Shown: piece by piece, positions 18,468 through 27,674 of the stretch
Numbering within the stretch: the stretch's first letter is position 1
How the letters are laid out: every line of letters begins with the position of its first letter
Origin: an uncultured delta proteobacterium
Lineage (GTDB): Bacteria > Desulfobacterota > Syntrophia > Syntrophales > UBA5619
NCBI GenBank assembly: GCA_963817385.1
Contig: CAWFOM010000005.1
Location: forward strand, 480,001 to 544,000
Direction: 5' to 3'
Length of the DNA: 64,000 nucleotides
The notes under the pieces: generated by a model
Seen by the model: the letters and a program-made list of their open reading frames with translations, nothing else
What the model was told of the DNA's origin: nothing
The model's database searches: none
Program-made: the position numbers and the translations under genes

Positions 18468-19793
18468 ATTGCCTCATAAATAAATGTTACCGAAGAGGGA
18501 GAGATTTTGGGTAACGATGCCTCATAAAAGATGTTACCGAGGTTTGTTGTTGATGGAGAAGATGTTTTTCAATTTCTTATCCATGGTTTTTCTTAGCAGG
18601 AATGGGTTGAGGTTTTCAAGTAGTTTGGTGAGGGAACGTTTTACTGATTCGGTGATATGTGGAGATCCCATAGTTCTCTGATAAGGGGTTTTGGGAGGAT
18701 CATGGCGTTTGATGGTTTTGGAGCCGATCCTTTCTTTGGCGATGAGTTTTACGGAGGGGCAGAAGAAGTTATGGAAGAGTCTCCATTCCTTGGTAGAGAG
18801 GTTGTTGAGGGGGGCGACGACACCGGGATTATCTAAGCGATCGTAGCCGAGCCACTGTCTGACGTGAGTCCAGTTCTTCTGTTCCACATGGGCGTTATCA
18901 TCTTTGTGATAGGATCTACTTCTGGTGAACTGGACGGGCTGTTTTCGGTTGGTGAAGTGCCTGAAGAGATGATCGTTGAGGAACTCGCCGCCGTTATCGC
19001 AATCAAAGCCGCGGATGGGGAACGGGAGGTTTTTTTCGATATGCTGGATTTGTTCCAGGACACCCGTTTGGCCTTTTCCCCATACTGCCCGTTGTTCAGT
19101 CCAGCCGGTAGCGATATCGACGAAGTCAATGGTATTGGCGTACATTCCTTGGGTGGAATCGCCGCAATGAGCAACGGTATCGGCTTCGAGGAATCCCGGA
19201 CGTGATTCATCCCATTGATTGGTGTTGATGGGGATTTGTTTTCGTAGCAGTGTGCCTGGTTTTGTGGTGCTTTTGCCCCTTCTGGGGTAATGGATGCGGA
19301 TCGGTTTGAGAACCCTGTCAATGGTTGGAGGGGAGATATTCAGCAAGGCACTGATGACCTCTGGAGGGAGTTCTCCGAACATTTCAATATATCCGGGCAG
19401 CCAGATCGGCAGCATGACTTTGAGCCGTTTTGAACAGGGAAGATTTGCCGCAAGCCAGATTTTTTTCATGGGATTAATGATCGCCTCGTTCCGATAAACA
19501 GATGGTTTCCCTCTTTTCTTTGCCTTTGGTTTGGTGAAGCGTTTGAATCTTTTAAGGACTCTGATGGCATGTTTGCGGTGACATCCACAGGTGGCGCAGA
19601 ATTCATTGAGGATTGCCGTTTTCTCCAGACGGGTTGCATTTTTATACCGCAAATAGACTGTTTCCCGATACTCTCGTTTGGATCGTGGACTCATACGTAT
19701 CCCTCCTTGAGAAGGCGATGTTCGGTAACATCGAATTATGAGTCAACGTTCCTCTTTTAACCCCTCCTTGGGTAACATTTAATGTGAGGCAAT
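18468..19793 (-). mobile_element. Insertion sequence with a DDE/rve transposase and doubled terminal motifs
   Basis: Imperfect IRs ATTGCCTCATAAATAAATGTTACC / rc ATTGCCTCACATTAAATGTTACC, with a second internal copy at each end. Exact ends and target duplication not resolved. Confidence 0.85.
18534..19694 (-). CDS. Transposase, integrase-core (rve/DDE) type
   Basis: PGFLEADTVAHCG, FDCDNGGEFLN, FTRSRSYHKDDNAHVEQKN give the D-D-E triad; N-terminal HTH; strong RBS AAGGAGGG. Confidence 0.92.
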   Translation of the reverse strand: MSPRSKREYRETVYLRYKNATRLEKTAILNEFCATCGCHRKHAIRVLKRFKRFTKPKAKKRGKPSVYRNEAIINPMKKIWLAANLPCSKRLKVMLPIWLPGYIEMFGELPPEVISALLNISPPTIDRVLKPIRIHYPRRGKSTTKPGTLLRKQIPINTNQWDESRPGFLEADTVAHCGDSTQGMYANTIDFVDIATGWTEQRAVWGKGQTGVLEQIQHIEKNLPFPIRGFDCDNGGEFLNDHLFRHFTNRKQPVQFTRSRSYHKDDNAHVEQKNWTHVRQWLGYDRLDNPGVVAPLNNLSTKEWRLFHNFFCPSVKLIAKERIGSKTIKRHDPPKTPYQRTMGSPHITESVKRSLTKLLENLNPFLLRKTMDKKLKNIFSINNKPR

Positions 19794-19898
19794 TCGCCCC
19801 GATAAGAATCCTTGAATATTTAAGTCAAAAGCCGTATATTCCGAAAACTATTAAAAGTGCCACGATCAAACGGGGACGCGCATACTGAGGAGACGGAC

Positions 19899-20195
19899 AT
19901 GCCGAAGATCGCAATCGACAAACTGCTGCCGGGGATGAAGCTGGCCAAGCCCATTATCGGCAAGAACGGGATGACACTCCTGGGAGAAGGTACCGAATTG
20001 ACGGAGAGATGGATCCAGAATATCCAGGACATGAATGTTGAGGGGATCTTTGTGGAAGGACCTTCCGAACAGGATGTCCCTCTCGATGAGGCCCTTGCCT
20101 GTCTGGAGCAGCGATTCGAGACTGTCAATGACAAACCGTATATGGCGTTGATTAAAACTATTGTCCGGAAGCAGATTGAAAGCCTCTACTCATGA
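19899..20195 (+). CDS. Small hypothetical protein resembling the N-terminal module of HD-GYP proteins
   Basis: IAIDKLLPGMKLAKPI..KNGMTLLGEGTELT pattern; RBS GAGGAG; first gene of the HDOD/GGDEF trio. Confidence 0.75.
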   Translation: MPKIAIDKLLPGMKLAKPIIGKNGMTLLGEGTELTERWIQNIQDMNVEGIFVEGPSEQDVPLDEALACLEQRFETVNDKPYMALIKTIVRKQIESLYS

Positions 20196-20226
20196 ACCTT
20201 CCTTTAGCGATTAGCGAGAATATCTC

Positions 20227-21063
20227 TTGGAACGATTAGACATCAGAACACAACGGGCGAGGATAGAGAACATCAATGCCCTGCCGACGGCGCCGGGGAC
20301 GTTCAAAAAGATTTCTCAGGTGATCGGGAAACCCGGTATTACGCTCAGCGAGATCAGTGACTTCGTTTCCCGGGACCCGGCCCTGACGACTAAGGTCCTC
20401 AAGATGGTCAATTCCGCTATCTATGGCTTCCCCGGACGGATCTCGTCTGTTTCGCATGCGATCATGCTGTTGGGACTCAACGTCGTCAAGGGTCTCCTGC
20501 TGGGGATTTCGGTCTTCGAGATCATGCAGAAGGTCATGGCGGGTCTCTGGGACCATTCCGTGGGTTGCGCAACGGTCGCCAGGGCGATCGCAGAGAAAAA
20601 GGGGGTCAAGGATCCCGAAGAGGTCTCCGTGGCGGGGCTTCTGCATGATATCGGCAAGGTGATCCTCGTCTTGGAATATGCGCCGCTCTATGAGGAGGCG
20701 ATGAATCAGGCCGCATCTCAGCGGATTCCGATCTTTGAAGCGGAGTGGGGCGTGTTTCAGGAGACGCACGCCGCGATCGGCATGTGGCTCGCGGGGAGGT
20801 GGCGCTTCCCGTCGAATCTCGTCGATGTGATCCAATATCACCATCGCCCGGGTTCCGCCAGGAGTGCACCTCTGGAGACGGCAATCGTCCATTTCTCGGA
20901 CATTCTGGTGCGCTCGCGCGGGTTTGGTTTTGCCGGCGATCCGCTGGTACCGGCCATCCATCCGGCTGCCTTCGAGCTCCTCTCCCTGACGGAAACGGAT
21001 ATCCGGGAAGTCCTGGATAAACTGGAAGCGTGCCGGGATGAATCCGGCGGCTTGACTCTGTAG
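20227..21063 (+). CDS. HDOD domain protein
   Basis: LPT, DPALTTKVLKMVNSAIYG, LWDHS, AGLLHDIGK, HAAIG..LA..W.FP, IQYHH. Confidence 0.92.
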   Translation: MERLDIRTQRARIENINALPTAPGTFKKISQVIGKPGITLSEISDFVSRDPALTTKVLKMVNSAIYGFPGRISSVSHAIMLLGLNVVKGLLLGISVFEIMQKVMAGLWDHSVGCATVARAIAEKKGVKDPEEVSVAGLLHDIGKVILVLEYAPLYEEAMNQAASQRIPIFEAEWGVFQETHAAIGMWLAGRWRFPSNLVDVIQYHHRPGSARSAPLETAIVHFSDILVRSRGFGFAGDPLVPAIHPAAFELLSLTETDIREVLDKLEACRDESGGLTL

Positions 21064-21065
21064 CC

Positions 21066-21992
21066 ATGAAAACGATTGTCGTCGTCTCGCAGGACCCCTT
21101 ATTGACCAACCTTGCCGACCGGCTGCTCTCTCCCCATTTCCGGACCATCATTCTGGGGGGGATGGTCTCGGCGATCGACTCCATCTATAACGACATTCCC
21201 AACCTCGTCATCGCGGACATCGCTCCGGGGGATGATGCGATGGTGGAAAGCATCAATAATCTGAAGGAAGATCCGATGTTCAACCAGCTCCCCATCCTGG
21301 CCGTTATCGGCGATCGCCTGCCAGTTACGCGATGGGAGGGCCTGTTTGTCGAAGATTATCTCCGGAAGGTTGATCTCGAACGGGATCTGCTTTTACGGGT
21401 CTCTCTGGCGGTCAGCCGTTCCGAGCGGGTTGTGGAGATCAATCCCCTGACGAGGCTTCCCGGCAACATCTCGATCAACCGGCAGATCGAGGATCGTCTG
21501 GGGCGCGGCGAGGTTTTCGCCTTTGCCTATGCCGATCTGGATTATTTCAAGCCCTTCAACGATAAGTACGGCTTCAGCCGCGGCGACGAGGTGATCAAGA
21601 TCACGGGGCGTCTCATTCTCAACATCGTTAAGAGCAAGCAACCACAGGGCAGCTTCGTTGGCCACATCGGCGGTGACGACTTTGTCTTTATTATGGAAAC
21701 GGGACTCATCGAAGAGGCCTGTCGCGACATCATCAGCGCCTTCGACCAGATCATCCCTACGATCTATGACCCCGAAGACCGGGAAAAGGGCGGTGTCGAG
21801 TCCGTGGGACGCCAGGGGACGGCAGGATTCTTCCCGTTCATCGGCATCTCCATCGGCGTCACAGGTACGTCGGTCCGGAGTTTTTCCCATTTTGGAGAGC
21901 TAACCGGGGCGGCCTCCGAGATGAAGAATTACGCCAAGAAGACCAAGGGCAGCTCCTACAGTGTGGATAAGCGTACCAACCTGCCGATTTGA
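21066..21992 (+). CDS. Receiver-like domain plus GGDEF diguanylate cyclase
   Basis: NPLTRLPGN, DLDYFKPFNDKYGFSRGDEVI, HIGGDDF; atypical N-terminal REC domain. Confidence 0.88.
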   Translation: MKTIVVVSQDPLLTNLADRLLSPHFRTIILGGMVSAIDSIYNDIPNLVIADIAPGDDAMVESINNLKEDPMFNQLPILAVIGDRLPVTRWEGLFVEDYLRKVDLERDLLLRVSLAVSRSERVVEINPLTRLPGNISINRQIEDRLGRGEVFAFAYADLDYFKPFNDKYGFSRGDEVIKITGRLILNIVKSKQPQGSFVGHIGGDDFVFIMETGLIEEACRDIISAFDQIIPTIYDPEDREKGGVESVGRQGTAGFFPFIGISIGVTGTSVRSFSHFGELTGAASEMKNYAKKTKGSSYSVDKRTNLPI

Positions 21993-22019
21993 TTCCACGA
22001 AGGTTCCTTTTTTACTCCC

Positions 22020-22625
22020 TCATATTGCCGGAAGGCTTGTCTTGTTCCGCTGATACTCATCCATCACCCGACGGGTATAGCGGTTGTCCGCATCGCCGGC
22101 ATGTGACAGATACCGTTTGGCGCCGTTGTGCCCGATGTTGTAGGCAAGAAGGACCTCGCTGGTGTTCTTGAAAATTGAGCTGAGCCAGGACAGGTAGTGC
22201 AGGCCGAGACGGATATTGTTTGCCGGGTCGAACAGGTCGGACGCCTCCCGGTACAGGATACCCGCTTCATTGGCGATGGAGGAGGCGAGGATCGGCCGGA
22301 TCTGCATGATGCCACGGGCGCCGGCCGAGGAGACGGCATCGTTGCGGAAGTTGCTCTCGACTGCCATGATCGCCAGTGCGAGCCGGTAATCGATTCCATA
22401 GAAGCGAGCCTTCTCGTAGAGGGTCCTGGCAACGGAAGGAAGCTGTCCGGATGAGAGATCGGTCTGGCCGTCCTGAAGGTGGTGCTCAATCATCTGCATG
22501 GTTATCGCCGGATTGAATCGGCTGCTATCGCAGAAAGTTTCCGTTGCGGCAACGATCATGATGAATACCAGGACGGCCGCCGACGCAGACAAGCATCCGA
22601 TGGATAAAGTCTTTTTGCTGTTCAT
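22020..22625 (-). CDS. Lytic transglycosylase (SLT domain)
   Basis: AIMAVESNF, SSAGARGIMQI, LFDPANNIRLG, LLAYNIG; N-terminal TM/signal; RBS AAGGAGG. Confidence 0.9.
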   Translation of the reverse strand: MNSKKTLSIGCLSASAAVLVFIMIVAATETFCDSSRFNPAITMQMIEHHLQDGQTDLSSGQLPSVARTLYEKARFYGIDYRLALAIMAVESNFRNDAVSSAGARGIMQIRPILASSIANEAGILYREASDLFDPANNIRLGLHYLSWLSSIFKNTSEVLLAYNIGHNGAKRYLSHAGDADNRYTRRVMDEYQRNKTSLPAI

Positions 22626-22734
22626 GGTGTACCTCCTTTCGTGAATGTGAGGACGGAAGCCGGAAAGCGCTCTATATCCCGCAGTTCCCGCTTCTCATCG
22701 GGTGAAAATACCGTTCTCCACCTCCCCCTTGGTC

Positions 22735-22750
22735 AGCAAGGACGGTGCCA
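22735..22750 (-). promoter_or_regulatory. Putative sigma54 promoter of the SLT gene
   Basis: TGGCAC-CGTCC-TTGCT on the minus strand. Confidence 0.7.
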
Positions 22751-22826
22751 TGATCCAGGTTCGTCTGATAGGCGTTGATATTTAAGGATAAATTGCCATT
22801 ATTGCCGTTCCGTGAGCAGAGCAGTT

Positions 22827-22929
22827 CTGTATGGAATTTCCTTCATGGCTGAAGCGGCTCTCAGCGAGGATAGAGGCGGGTTAGCGGCTGAGCGTCATCA
22901 CATAGTGATACTGTATGGATTTTACTTCA
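22827..22929. promoter_or_regulatory. Two 19-bp direct repeats, candidate enhancer sites
   Basis: CTGTATGGAATTTCCTTCA (22827-22845) and CTGTATGGATTTTACTTCA (22911-22929), 17/19 identical. Confidence 0.5.
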
Positions 22930-23001
22930 GATGGCGGAATAGTGGTAGCCAATCGATTTTCACAGCTTCGCCTTGAAATTTTGGGACGGGGAGGGGAAAA
23001 A

Positions 23002-23096
23002 TGGCGGAGAGAGCGGGATTCGAACCCGCGGTACACCTTTGAAGGGCGTACAATCGCTTAGCAGGCGATCGCTTTCGGCCACTCAGCCATCTCTCC
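23002..23096 (-). tRNA. tRNA-Ser (anticodon GCT)
   Basis: GGAGAGATGGCTGAGTGG...ATCGC-CT-GCT-AA-GCGAT, long variable arm, GGTTCGAATCC, CCA. Confidence 0.96.
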
Positions 23097-23148
23097 GCGA
23101 TCATTTTGTGCTTATTTCGACCCAGGGCCGGCAGGTCGATATCATTAA

Positions 23149-23234
23149 TGGCGGAGGGAGCAGGATTCGAACCCGCGAGGCTTTCACCCAGCGGTTTTCA
23201 AGACCGCCGCCATAGACCACTCGGCCATCCCTCC
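23149..23234 (-). tRNA. tRNA-Ser (anticodon TGA)
   Basis: GGAGGGATGGCCGAGTGG...GCGGT-CT-TGA-AA-ACCGC, variable arm, GGTTCGAATCC, CCA. Confidence 0.96.
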
Positions 23235-23248
23235 GCAATTTTTTTATG

Positions 23249-24529
23249 CTACCCCGCGGCGGGAATCCTGTCAACTCCTCCCATGTAGGGCCTGAGCGCC
23301 TCGGGGATCGCAACGCTTCCATCCTGCTGCTGGTAGTTCTCCAGGATGGCGACGAGGGTCCTCCCGACTGCCAGCGCCGAACCGTTCATGGTGTGGACGA
23401 ATTCCACCTTGCCGCTCTCCTCGCGGCGGAACCGTATCGAGGCGCGACGCGCCTGGAACTCCTCGAAGTTGCTGCACGAGGAGATCTCCCGGTAGGCATC
23501 CTGCCCCGGGAGCCACGCCTCGATATCGTAGGTCTTCGCGGCGGAGAAACCGAGATCTGCGGTGCAGAGGCAGACGACCCGGTAGGGGATCTTCAGCCGT
23601 TTGAGGACCTCCTCGGCGTTCAGGGTCAGCTTTTCCAGCTCTTCGTAGGAATCCTCGGGCGTTGCGAACTTGACCAGTTCCACCTTGTTGAACTGGTGCT
23701 GGCGGATCAGCCCCCGGGTGTCCTTGCCGTAGGAGCCCGCCTCCGCCCGGAAACACGGGGAGTAGGCCACGTAACAGATCGGGAGCTCCTTCTCGCTCAG
23801 GATCTCCTCCCGGTGGATGTTCGTCACAGGGACCTCCGCCGTCGGGATGAGGAAATAGTCCGTTTTGTCGATCCGGAAGAGGTCCTCCTCGAACTTGGGG
23901 AGTTGCCCCGTGCCCGTCATGCTCTCCCGGTTGACCATGAAGGGGGTGAGGACCTCGGTGTAGCCGTGTTCCCGCGTGTGCAGATCGAGCATGAAGTTGA
24001 TGAGTGCCCTCTCCAGCCGCGCGCCGAGCCCCCGGTAGAGCGTAAAGCGCGCGCCGGTGATCTTCGCCCCGCGGGTGAAATCGAGGATATTCAGCTCCTC
24101 GCCGATCTCCCAGTGCGGTCGCGGCGTGAACGGAAAGGTTGGCTTCTCGCCCCAGACGCGGATGACCGGGTTATCCTCTGCCCCTTTCCCGCAGACAACC
24201 GAGGCATGCGGGACATTGGGGATCGTCATCAGGATCGCCTGGAGCTCCTCATCCGTCTGCTTGAGCGTCTCGTCGAGCTCCTTGATCCGGTTGGAGACGT
24301 CCCCCATGCGGGCGATGATCTCCGTGGCGTCCTGACGGTTTTTCTTCTTCTCGCCGATCTGCTTGGAAACGGTGTTGCGCTCGCTTCGGAGCCCCTCTAC
24401 TTCCTGGATGATATCCCGCCGTTGCGCGTCGAGGGCGATGAAGCGCTCCAGGTTCATCTCCTGGCCCCGCTCACGCATCTTCCCGACGACGAAATCGATG
24501 TTCTGTCTGAGATATTTGATATCCAGCAT
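23249..24529 (-). CDS. serS: Serine--tRNA ligase
   Basis: MLDIKYLR start, [52 protein letters not shown]. Confidence 0.98.
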   Translation of the reverse strand: MLDIKYLRQNIDFVVGKMRERGQEMNLERFIALDAQRRDIIQEVEGLRSERNTVSKQIGEKKKNRQDATEIIARMGDVSNRIKELDETLKQTDEELQAILMTIPNVPHASVVCGKGAEDNPVIRVWGEKPTFPFTPRPHWEIGEELNILDFTRGAKITGARFTLYRGLGARLERALINFMLDLHTREHGYTEVLTPFMVNRESMTGTGQLPKFEEDLFRIDKTDYFLIPTAEVPVTNIHREEILSEKELPICYVAYSPCFRAEAGSYGKDTRGLIRQHQFNKVELVKFATPEDSYEELEKLTLNAEEVLKRLKIPYRVVCLCTADLGFSAAKTYDIEAWLPGQDAYREISSCSNFEEFQARRASIRFRREESGKVEFVHTMNGSALAVGRTLVAILENYQQQDGSVAIPEALRPYMGGVDRIPAAG

Positions 24530-24812
24530 GACCAAACTCATCCTTCCGGTGCAAGGGATGTTTCCCCTATCACTTTGACCCTTTGAAGTCAATCAATTTG
24601 TCGGCTTACGTTTCCGGAGGTGTTTATCCCTTCACTCGCGGGCAACGAACAAATCGCGCCTCAAAGCCGGAAAAAAACAGGGCATGCCGGAATAGCCATC
24701 AATTTTCATGGCAAACGCCAAAACATTGCATTAAAATAAGCAGCATCTTGATACGGAGGCCGGGTGCGGGTGATGTTCCCAAGTCAAGTCGAACTTTACT
24801 GAGGAGATGCCC

Positions 24813-25616
24813 ATGAAGACCGATCTATTTTATTATACCGGTACCGGAAATTCTCTCTGGGCCGCCCGGATACTGGCAAAAAAACTCGGCGATGCCGGGA
24901 CTGTCCCGATTTCCCGGATAGACGGGGATCCCCGCAATGAAGGGGCGGATGCGGTCGGGATCATCTTCCCTGTCCATATGTGGGGTCTGCCGCGCAAGGT
25001 GATCTCCTTCGTGGAGTCGCTTGCGGAAGATCCGTCGCGGTATTACTTCGCCGTTGCCGTCAACGCCGGCCAGGTCGCCGCCACCCTCCTGCAATTGAAG
25101 AAGCTGATGCAGTCGAAAGGATTATCTCTTTCCACAGGTTTCGGGATAGAGATGCCGTCCAACTATATTCCCTGGGGCGGGCCGGGACCCGAGGAGAAGC
25201 GGACGGGGAGGATCGATGCGGCAAGGAAAAAGCTCGGAGTCATCGCCGCCGCGGTTGCCGCAAGAGAGCTGGCTCCGGTCGAGAGGGGGCCCCTCTGGCA
25301 GAACATCCTGTTTACCCGGCTCAACCGGCTCGCTTTTCCCCATGTTCCGGGGATGGACAAGAGTTTCTGGGTAGATGACCGGTGCAACGGCTGCGGCATC
25401 TGCAAAACAATCTGCCCCTGCGGAAATATCGATCTCAAGGCGGACAAACCCGTCTGGCTGCACCATTGTGAACAGTGCCTCGCCTGCATCCAGTGGTGCC
25501 CGCAGGAAGCGATCCAATTCGGCAAGAAGACGCCCCGGTATGAGCGATACCATCATCCGGAGGTAACGTTGCAGGATATGATCACCGCCCCTGCGATGCA
25601 GGGACAAAGGGGATGA
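24813..25616 (+). CDS. EFR1-family flavodoxin-ferredoxin fusion
   Basis: YYTGTGNS flavodoxin loop, MPSNY, CNGCGICKTICP, CEQCLACIQWCP, RYHHP. Confidence 0.88.
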   Translation: MKTDLFYYTGTGNSLWAARILAKKLGDAGTVPISRIDGDPRNEGADAVGIIFPVHMWGLPRKVISFVESLAEDPSRYYFAVAVNAGQVAATLLQLKKLMQSKGLSLSTGFGIEMPSNYIPWGGPGPEEKRTGRIDAARKKLGVIAAAVAARELAPVERGPLWQNILFTRLNRLAFPHVPGMDKSFWVDDRCNGCGICKTICPCGNIDLKADKPVWLHHCEQCLACIQWCPQEAIQFGKKTPRYERYHHPEVTLQDMITAPAMQGQRG

Positions 25617-25680
25617 TGCAGTGATACGGAAAATCACGTCAACCGAACAGCGAAGCGCAGTTGAGAAGGGGGAAGACACT

Positions 25681-26553
25681 ATGGAAATGAATAATCTAAA
25701 CCGGAGTGGAAGTCGGGGGCTTTCAAGGCGGATGTTTCTGAAGATTGCGGGGTGGCTGACCGTGGCGGGGGGGATGGTGAAGCTTCCGGGAATGGCCTCT
25801 GCGCAGGTGAAGCCCGATATTATGTCCCAGAATGTCTGGTTCGAGGGCAAGGGGGGACCACTGGGCGGGTATTTTGCTCGGCCGGACGGGAAAGGGCCCT
25901 ATCCGGGGGTCATCGTGATCCATGAAAACAGGGGCGTCACCGACTATATCCAGGATGTCACGAAGGATCTTGCCCGGGAGGGGTATGCAAGCCTCGCGGT
26001 CAACCTTGTCTCCCGCAGCCTGGGCCCGGATTATATCGGCGGTTCGGATGAGGCGATGAATGCCCTCGGCAAACTATCGGATGACGACGCAATGGCGGAC
26101 CTGGATGCCGGCGTCGAGTATCTCAAGAAGCAGCCCGTCGTCTTCACCAATTCCATCGGCTGCATGGGGTTCTGCATGGGGGGAAGATTTTCTCTCCTCT
26201 TCGCCGAGCACAGAAAGGATTTAAAAGCGGCAGTGGTCTTTTACGGCCGTCCGATAAACAAGATCACCCCGCTGCAGACACAATCGCCTATCGATCTCGT
26301 TTCTGAAATTTCCGCCCCGCTCCTCGGCAATTACGGAGCGGCAGACGCGGGTATCCCTGTTGACGATGTGAAGAAACTTGAAGAGGCGCTGCAGAAGAAC
26401 AAAAAGACGTTCGACATCAAGATATACCCGGACGCAAAACACGCATTTCATAAGGAGGGCCCCAATTACCATGCGGAGGCCGCGCGGGATTCATGGAGCC
26501 GGACCGTCGGCTGGCTGGCTAAGTATCTGAAGTCGTCAGTCCCGAAAGGATAG
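25681..26553 (+). CDS. Dienelactone hydrolase family protein with Tat signal
   Basis: SRRMFLK twin-arginine motif; HENRG, GFCMGG nucleophile, ADAGIP, HAF. Confidence 0.9.
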   Translation: MEMNNLNRSGSRGLSRRMFLKIAGWLTVAGGMVKLPGMASAQVKPDIMSQNVWFEGKGGPLGGYFARPDGKGPYPGVIVIHENRGVTDYIQDVTKDLAREGYASLAVNLVSRSLGPDYIGGSDEAMNALGKLSDDDAMADLDAGVEYLKKQPVVFTNSIGCMGFCMGGRFSLLFAEHRKDLKAAVVFYGRPINKITPLQTQSPIDLVSEISAPLLGNYGAADAGIPVDDVKKLEEALQKNKKTFDIKIYPDAKHAFHKEGPNYHAEAARDSWSRTVGWLAKYLKSSVPKG

Positions 26554-26562
26554 GCAGGAGCG

Positions 26563-27674
26563 GTGGACGATGAACTGAGCCTGCTTATCAAACCGGTCTC
26601 CGCTGACTGCAATATGCGATGCACATATTGCTTTTACCGGCGTCAGAGCGATCCCTATCGCTCCGAAGGGCGCCATATCATGGATGATAGGACGCTTCAA
26701 ACCATGATTGCCGGATATATGCAATCGGCCGGAAGGGGCGCCTCATTCGGTTGGCAGGGCGGGGAACCACTCCTGGCGGGTATCGATTTTTTCAACCGGG
26801 TCGTCGCTTATCAAGAGCGCTATGGTCTGTCGGCTCAACTGGTGAGCAACAACCTGCAGACCAACGGACTGCTGCTCAATGACGAGTGGGCGGCGTTCTT
26901 TCGGCGGTATAACTTCTTCATTGGCGTGAGCCTGGACGGTCCCGAAGAGGATCACAATCACTACCGCTATTCAATCAACGGGGAAAATGGCTTCCAACGG
27001 ACTATGCAGAGGAATACAGATCCTCAGAGACCATCAGGTGGACTTCAGTGTTCTGTCCGTCGTAAATGCGGTGACGGCCAGGAAACCCCGGGAGCTCTAT
27101 ACCTTTTTCATCGACAATGGCCTCAACCGTTTACAGTTCATCCCCTGTGTGGAGATCAACCGGGAGACAGGGGCGACGGAGGACTATTCCGTCGCGGTCG
27201 ATCAGTACCGGGATTTTCTCTGTACCCTTTTCGATGTATGGTATAACAATGGACACCCGATCGCCTCGGTACGGCTGTTTGAGAATATCCTGGCCGTCTA
27301 TATGGGCAGAGAACCCGAGCTCTGTGCGTTCAAAAACCGGTGCGGCAGTTATGTGGGTCATAGAATATAACGGTGATGTATATCCATGCGATTTCTTTGT
27401 GGAAGAACAGTGGGTATTGGGAAATCTCCAGGAAACGTCGATCAGTGATATGATGAAGAAGCGAAAGAGGCGTGAGTTCAACAGCCGGAAACGGGAGCAA
27501 ACATCCGGCTGCACTGCCTGTGAATGGAATTTCCTCTGTCATTTCGGATGCCAGCATTATCGATCATCTGCGGGGGAAAATTATCTCTGCGATGCATATC
27601 GGGAGTTCTTCCGCTACACCGGGCAGCGTTTTCACGCCTTGGCAAAGAATTTATCAATAGGTTATTCTCAATGA
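26563..27674 (+). CDS. Anaerobic sulfatase maturase (radical SAM/SPASM); two apparent frameshifts (~27010, ~27355)
   Basis: LIKPVSADCNMRCTYC, WQGGEPLL, QTNG, GVSLDGP; SPASM Cys motifs YPCD, CTACEW..LC..GC spread over three frames. Confidence 0.88.

Noticed and set aside
18470..18491. IS end motif superficially like a dif/Xer site (…CATAA…ATGTTA…)
   Set aside because: The spacer is too short for the 11-6-11 dif layout, and the motif is explained as a four-copy transposase-binding repeat.
23246..24586. 446-aa plus-strand ORF spanning serS (similar cases: 316-1584, 4061-5617, 15237-16718, 50448-51944)
   Set aside because: Shadow frames opposite well-supported genes.
24709..24730. TGGCAAACGCCAAAACATTGCA as a sigma54 promoter
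   Set aside because: GG-to-GC spacing is far longer than the required 10 bp.
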